This document shows positions 33,253 through 35,459 of a stretch of 35,459 nucleotides of DNA, in pieces. Position 1 is the stretch's first letter. Each line of letters starts with the position of its first letter. The position numbers and the translations under genes are program-made. The notes beneath the pieces were generated by a model. It was not told where the DNA came from. It searched no databases and saw nothing but the letters and a program-made list of their open reading frames with translations. The DNA is from a virus (taxonomy: Duplodnaviria > Caudoviricetes), in the IMG/VR virus record IMGVR_UViG_3300025888_000007, positions 1 through 35,459 of that record; one strand, given 5' to 3'.

Positions 33253-34062
33253 TTAAGCGGTAGTGAAGTTCTTTCCGACCGTAGCAAGAGCCTGACCGTA
33301 CACGTCAACGACTCCGGCAACCGATACGATATAAGATGTTGCGGCAGTCAGATCAGCAGCGGGTGTAATGGTGATGATCTTCTTCGTTGCATCCCATGCG
33401 GCAGTGCAAGCAACAACATTCCCAGTTGTACCGTCAAACAGGGCGATCGCATTTTCAGCAATGGCATTGTTGAACGTGATGACAATGGAAGCATCAATAG
33501 CAATGGACGGAGCACCGTCGGCAGGAACGATTGTCGAAAGAGCAACTGCGGAATACGCACCGGCAACATACGAATATGTAGCAGGAGAAGAACCGACCTT
33601 TTTCAGATCGATATCAAATGCAGAACTCTCTCCGGCAGCGCCGCCGCCCTCGGAGTTGACAACAATAGACACCTGTCCAGTTTCGCCCACGCCCGTAAGC
33701 ATGTTGAAATAGACATAGTTTGTGATACAGGCGTTCCCCTTACCCTGTGCGCGCAAGAAGTTGAGCATGTAGTCCTGTGCCGCGTCGCCGATGTAGCGAT
33801 CTCCTGCGGGCTTGAACGTCCGCTGGTTGCCCGTCTTGATAGACGACTGACCGGCGCGGATGTAATTCTTCTCCGACATAATGGGATTGAGCTGTGCATC
33901 CAGTCCGCTGATACCGATTTCGACCACAGCATAAGCCGTGACCGCTGTCGGGATGACCGCTGTCGGGTCCAGATCAATAGCAAGCACCATATCGTCATTG
34001 GTTGACCATCCGGTGAATGCGGGATTCGGCGTAATGCCGGTCATGAGTGTGGATAAAAGCAT
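33253..34062 (-). CDS. Major tail protein with C-terminal Ig-like (Big_5-type) domain
   Basis: Q-NP-----YIR-G-S--KTG-QRTF---GDR--GD--QD, followed by P-DGA--I-----I-ITFN...ITP---L-----Y---V-GV-D-YG--L. Confidence 0.85.
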   Translation of the reverse strand: MLLSTLMTGITPNPAFTGWSTNDDMVLAIDLDPTAVIPTAVTAYAVVEIGISGLDAQLNPIMSEKNYIRAGQSSIKTGNQRTFKPAGDRYIGDAAQDYMLNFLRAQGKGNACITNYVYFNMLTGVGETGQVSIVVNSEGGGAAGESSAFDIDLKKVGSSPATYSYVAGAYSAVALSTIVPADGAPSIAIDASIVITFNNAIAENAIALFDGTTGNVVACTAAWDATKKIITITPAADLTAATSYIVSVAGVVDVYGQALATVGKNFTTA

Positions 34063-34063
34063 G

Positions 34064-34498
34064 TTATACCTCCTCGTAGTATGTGACTTTGCACTGCAAC
34101 ATGTATCTCGCGGTGCAGGTTTCGAGATTTACTTCTGCTAAGTTCGCCATGTTCTGTAGACTTTCGATTTTTCTGGCCTGACATTTCACGCCGAAATCAG
34201 GGAATATCTTCGCGGTGTTCTGCGCGTCGATCCATGCCCCGAAAGCATCGGCCATATTCATAGCCAGTAGATTTAGGTCATCCGTAGCAGACGAATGTGT
34301 TTTTGTGATGATGATTGCAAAACCGTACTCTTTCACACCTGCATTTCTGGTGTACCTCTTGACCCATTTGTCAGCGTACTGCGTAACAAAAGCCATTGTG
34401 TCAGGGATGTCGGTTGTGGCGTTGAAGTTCAGGACGTTGGTTGATACGGTCAAAACTTGAGGCTCCAAATAAGCCTTCATGATGTCATGCTTGCTCAT
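34064..34498 (-). CDS. Tail terminator / tail completion protein
   Basis: Directly upstream of the major tail gene; W---QN----FP-F and ARY--Q----Y motifs. Confidence 0.7.
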   Translation of the reverse strand: MSKHDIMKAYLEPQVLTVSTNVLNFNATTDIPDTMAFVTQYADKWVKRYTRNAGVKEYGFAIIITKTHSSATDDLNLLAMNMADAFGAWIDAQNTAKIFPDFGVKCQARKIESLQNMANLAEVNLETCTARYMLQCKVTYYEEV

Positions 34499-34500
34499 AA

Positions 34501-34884
34501 TCAGCCCCCTCTCAATTTGATGTAGTTCTGTACCGCCTTTGTCAGATCAGCCTTGCGAGCGACCAGCATTGCCCTGTCCCAGTGTGATGTGGCTGTCGGT
34601 TTGGAATAGTGCAGGTTTCTGTCCGTCACCGATTTAGGCGCATTACCAACCATGACTTTACCGCCAAACTGATACCGCGCATAAGGTGATTTGTACTCAA
34701 TGATCCCTTGACCCTTTTCAACATATGTAGAAACGTTTTTGACAAGGATGTGATTAAGTTCCGGCACATACGGCTGCATCAACTTTCGCGCTTCATTTGC
34801 CATGAATAGCAGCGTTTTGTCGCCGCCCGTCGTTTCTTCAATGATCGTCTTTTCCAATTTGTTAAACTTGAAATCGATCTTCAT
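34501..34884 (-). CDS. Neck protein (A118 'minor capsid 2'-like)
   Basis: M-PYVP, I-Y-SPYARYQ--G, A--HWD; start MKIDF at 34884. Confidence 0.75.
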   Translation of the reverse strand: MKIDFKFNKLEKTIIEETTGGDKTLLFMANEARKLMQPYVPELNHILVKNVSTYVEKGQGIIEYKSPYARYQFGGKVMVGNAPKSVTDRNLHYSKPTATSHWDRAMLVARKADLTKAVQNYIKLRGG

Positions 34885-34885
34885 G

Positions 34886-35323
34886 TCAGCCACCCAACCT
34901 GTAATGCGGATCAATCCCTCTTGAATTGTCTGCACAAGCTGTTACCTTAAAAGCGTTTGGCTTGTTTTTTGCAAGGATTTGTGCCGAAGTATTCGGGGAT
35001 GCGTTTGTTATGGTGTCCGTAGAGCTGTCTAAAATCACAATATCGTCATTGTGCATTGTAAAGAAGTTCGCCCGCACATTTGCGGCTTTTGCCACCCACT
35101 TTGCATAAGAAAGATACAAGACCGAGGCAGGGATTCTACACGTGTACGCGCCCGCCATTTGCGAATTAAACCCACTGTTGACCTGTTGCGTTACACACTT
35201 AAAAAAACACTTTTCTATTTCGCGCTTGTACCACACGTCGCCCGTACCCGCTGGATTGTCCGCGCCCTTGAGGCAGTTCCAGATAGTGATTGTGTCAACA
35301 TAGTTCGGATTCACAACAGTCAC
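34886..35323 (-). CDS. Head closure / head-tail joining protein
   Basis: TITIWN, W----I--C, D-V, V----DN-----HY--G; position after the adaptor gene. Confidence 0.7.
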   Translation of the reverse strand: MTVVNPNYVDTITIWNCLKGADNPAGTGDVWYKREIEKCFFKCVTQQVNSGFNSQMAGAYTCRIPASVLYLSYAKWVAKAANVRANFFTMHNDDIVILDSSTDTITNASPNTSAQILAKNKPNAFKVTACADNSRGIDPHYRLGG

Positions 35324-35459
35324 CTCCGATGTACGTGATACCGCTTCTCAGGTTGACCCCCATTTTCATGAGGATCGTTCCGGACAGGTACTTCTTTGCA
35401 ATGCCCCGGATTGCCTGCGCCTTTGAAGCGTCAGTGATTCCGGCACTGTTGAAAGTACC
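35295..35459 (-). CDS. Head-tail connector, 3' part (joined to 1-442 across the circular junction)
   Basis: The frame from 442 continues ...RSGITYIGGDCCESELC to TGA at 35295. Confidence 0.7.
   Translation of the reverse strand, partial: GTFNSAGITDASKAQAIRGIAKKYLSGTILMKMGVNLRSGITYIGGDCCESELC
35333..35459. repeat. Terminal direct repeat, copy 2
   Basis: Identical to 1-127. Confidence 0.95.

Noticed and set aside
33939-33967. 14-bp direct repeat TGACCGCTGTCGGG
   Set aside because: It is a short coding duplication (PTAVIPTAV) within the major tail protein, with no sign of regulatory or mobile function.
35333-35459. 127-bp terminal repeat as a biological DTR or att site
   Set aside because: It falls mid-gene and its length equals a common assembler k-mer. 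It is best read as circular overlap, consistent with a headful-type terminase.
1-35459. Diversity-generating retroelement, retron or CRISPR array
   Set aside because: I saw no reverse transcriptase motifs, no adenine-variant repeat pair and no regularly spaced repeats by eye.
1-35459. Stop-codon reassignment
   Set aside because: Core genes are full length in the standard code, and TAA, TAG and TGA all end genes at sensible positions.

Overview
The window is an apparently complete, circularly permuted genome of a tailed dsDNA siphophage. Positions 1-127 are repeated exactly at 35333-35459, giving a circle of about 35,332 bp, and one gene runs across that junction. Strong GGAGG ribosome-binding sites, sigma-A-type promoters, A118-like morphogenesis genes and a dockerin domain point to a Firmicutes, probably clostridial, host (inference). 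Almost all genes are on the minus strand. In reading order they are: a Cro-like HTH; recombination and replication genes (DUF1351, ERF, NinB-like, initiator, DnaB-like helicase, SSB); a late activator; terS, a methyltransferase, terL and portal; a split minor capsid (MuF) gene; scaffold and capsid; neck and tail genes; tape measure; a large tail/adhesin protein; and the lysis genes. I recognised no integrase or CI repressor. The most unusual signals are four. (1) A 9-codon ORF, MIRIRAGPK, carries the SecM-type RAGP arrest motif and sits between a perfect RBS and a terminator directly ahead of the lysis cassette. (2) A MuF gene is cut into two separately translated halves by an intron-less HNH-AP2 endonuclease, and the C-terminal half carries an HExxH metallopeptidase. 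(3) Both HNH-AP2 cassettes have their own promoter embedded in a hairpin that would block translation on read-through mRNA. (4) A dockerin domain sits near the end of the tail adhesin. All calls come from reading motifs by eye; no database search was run.
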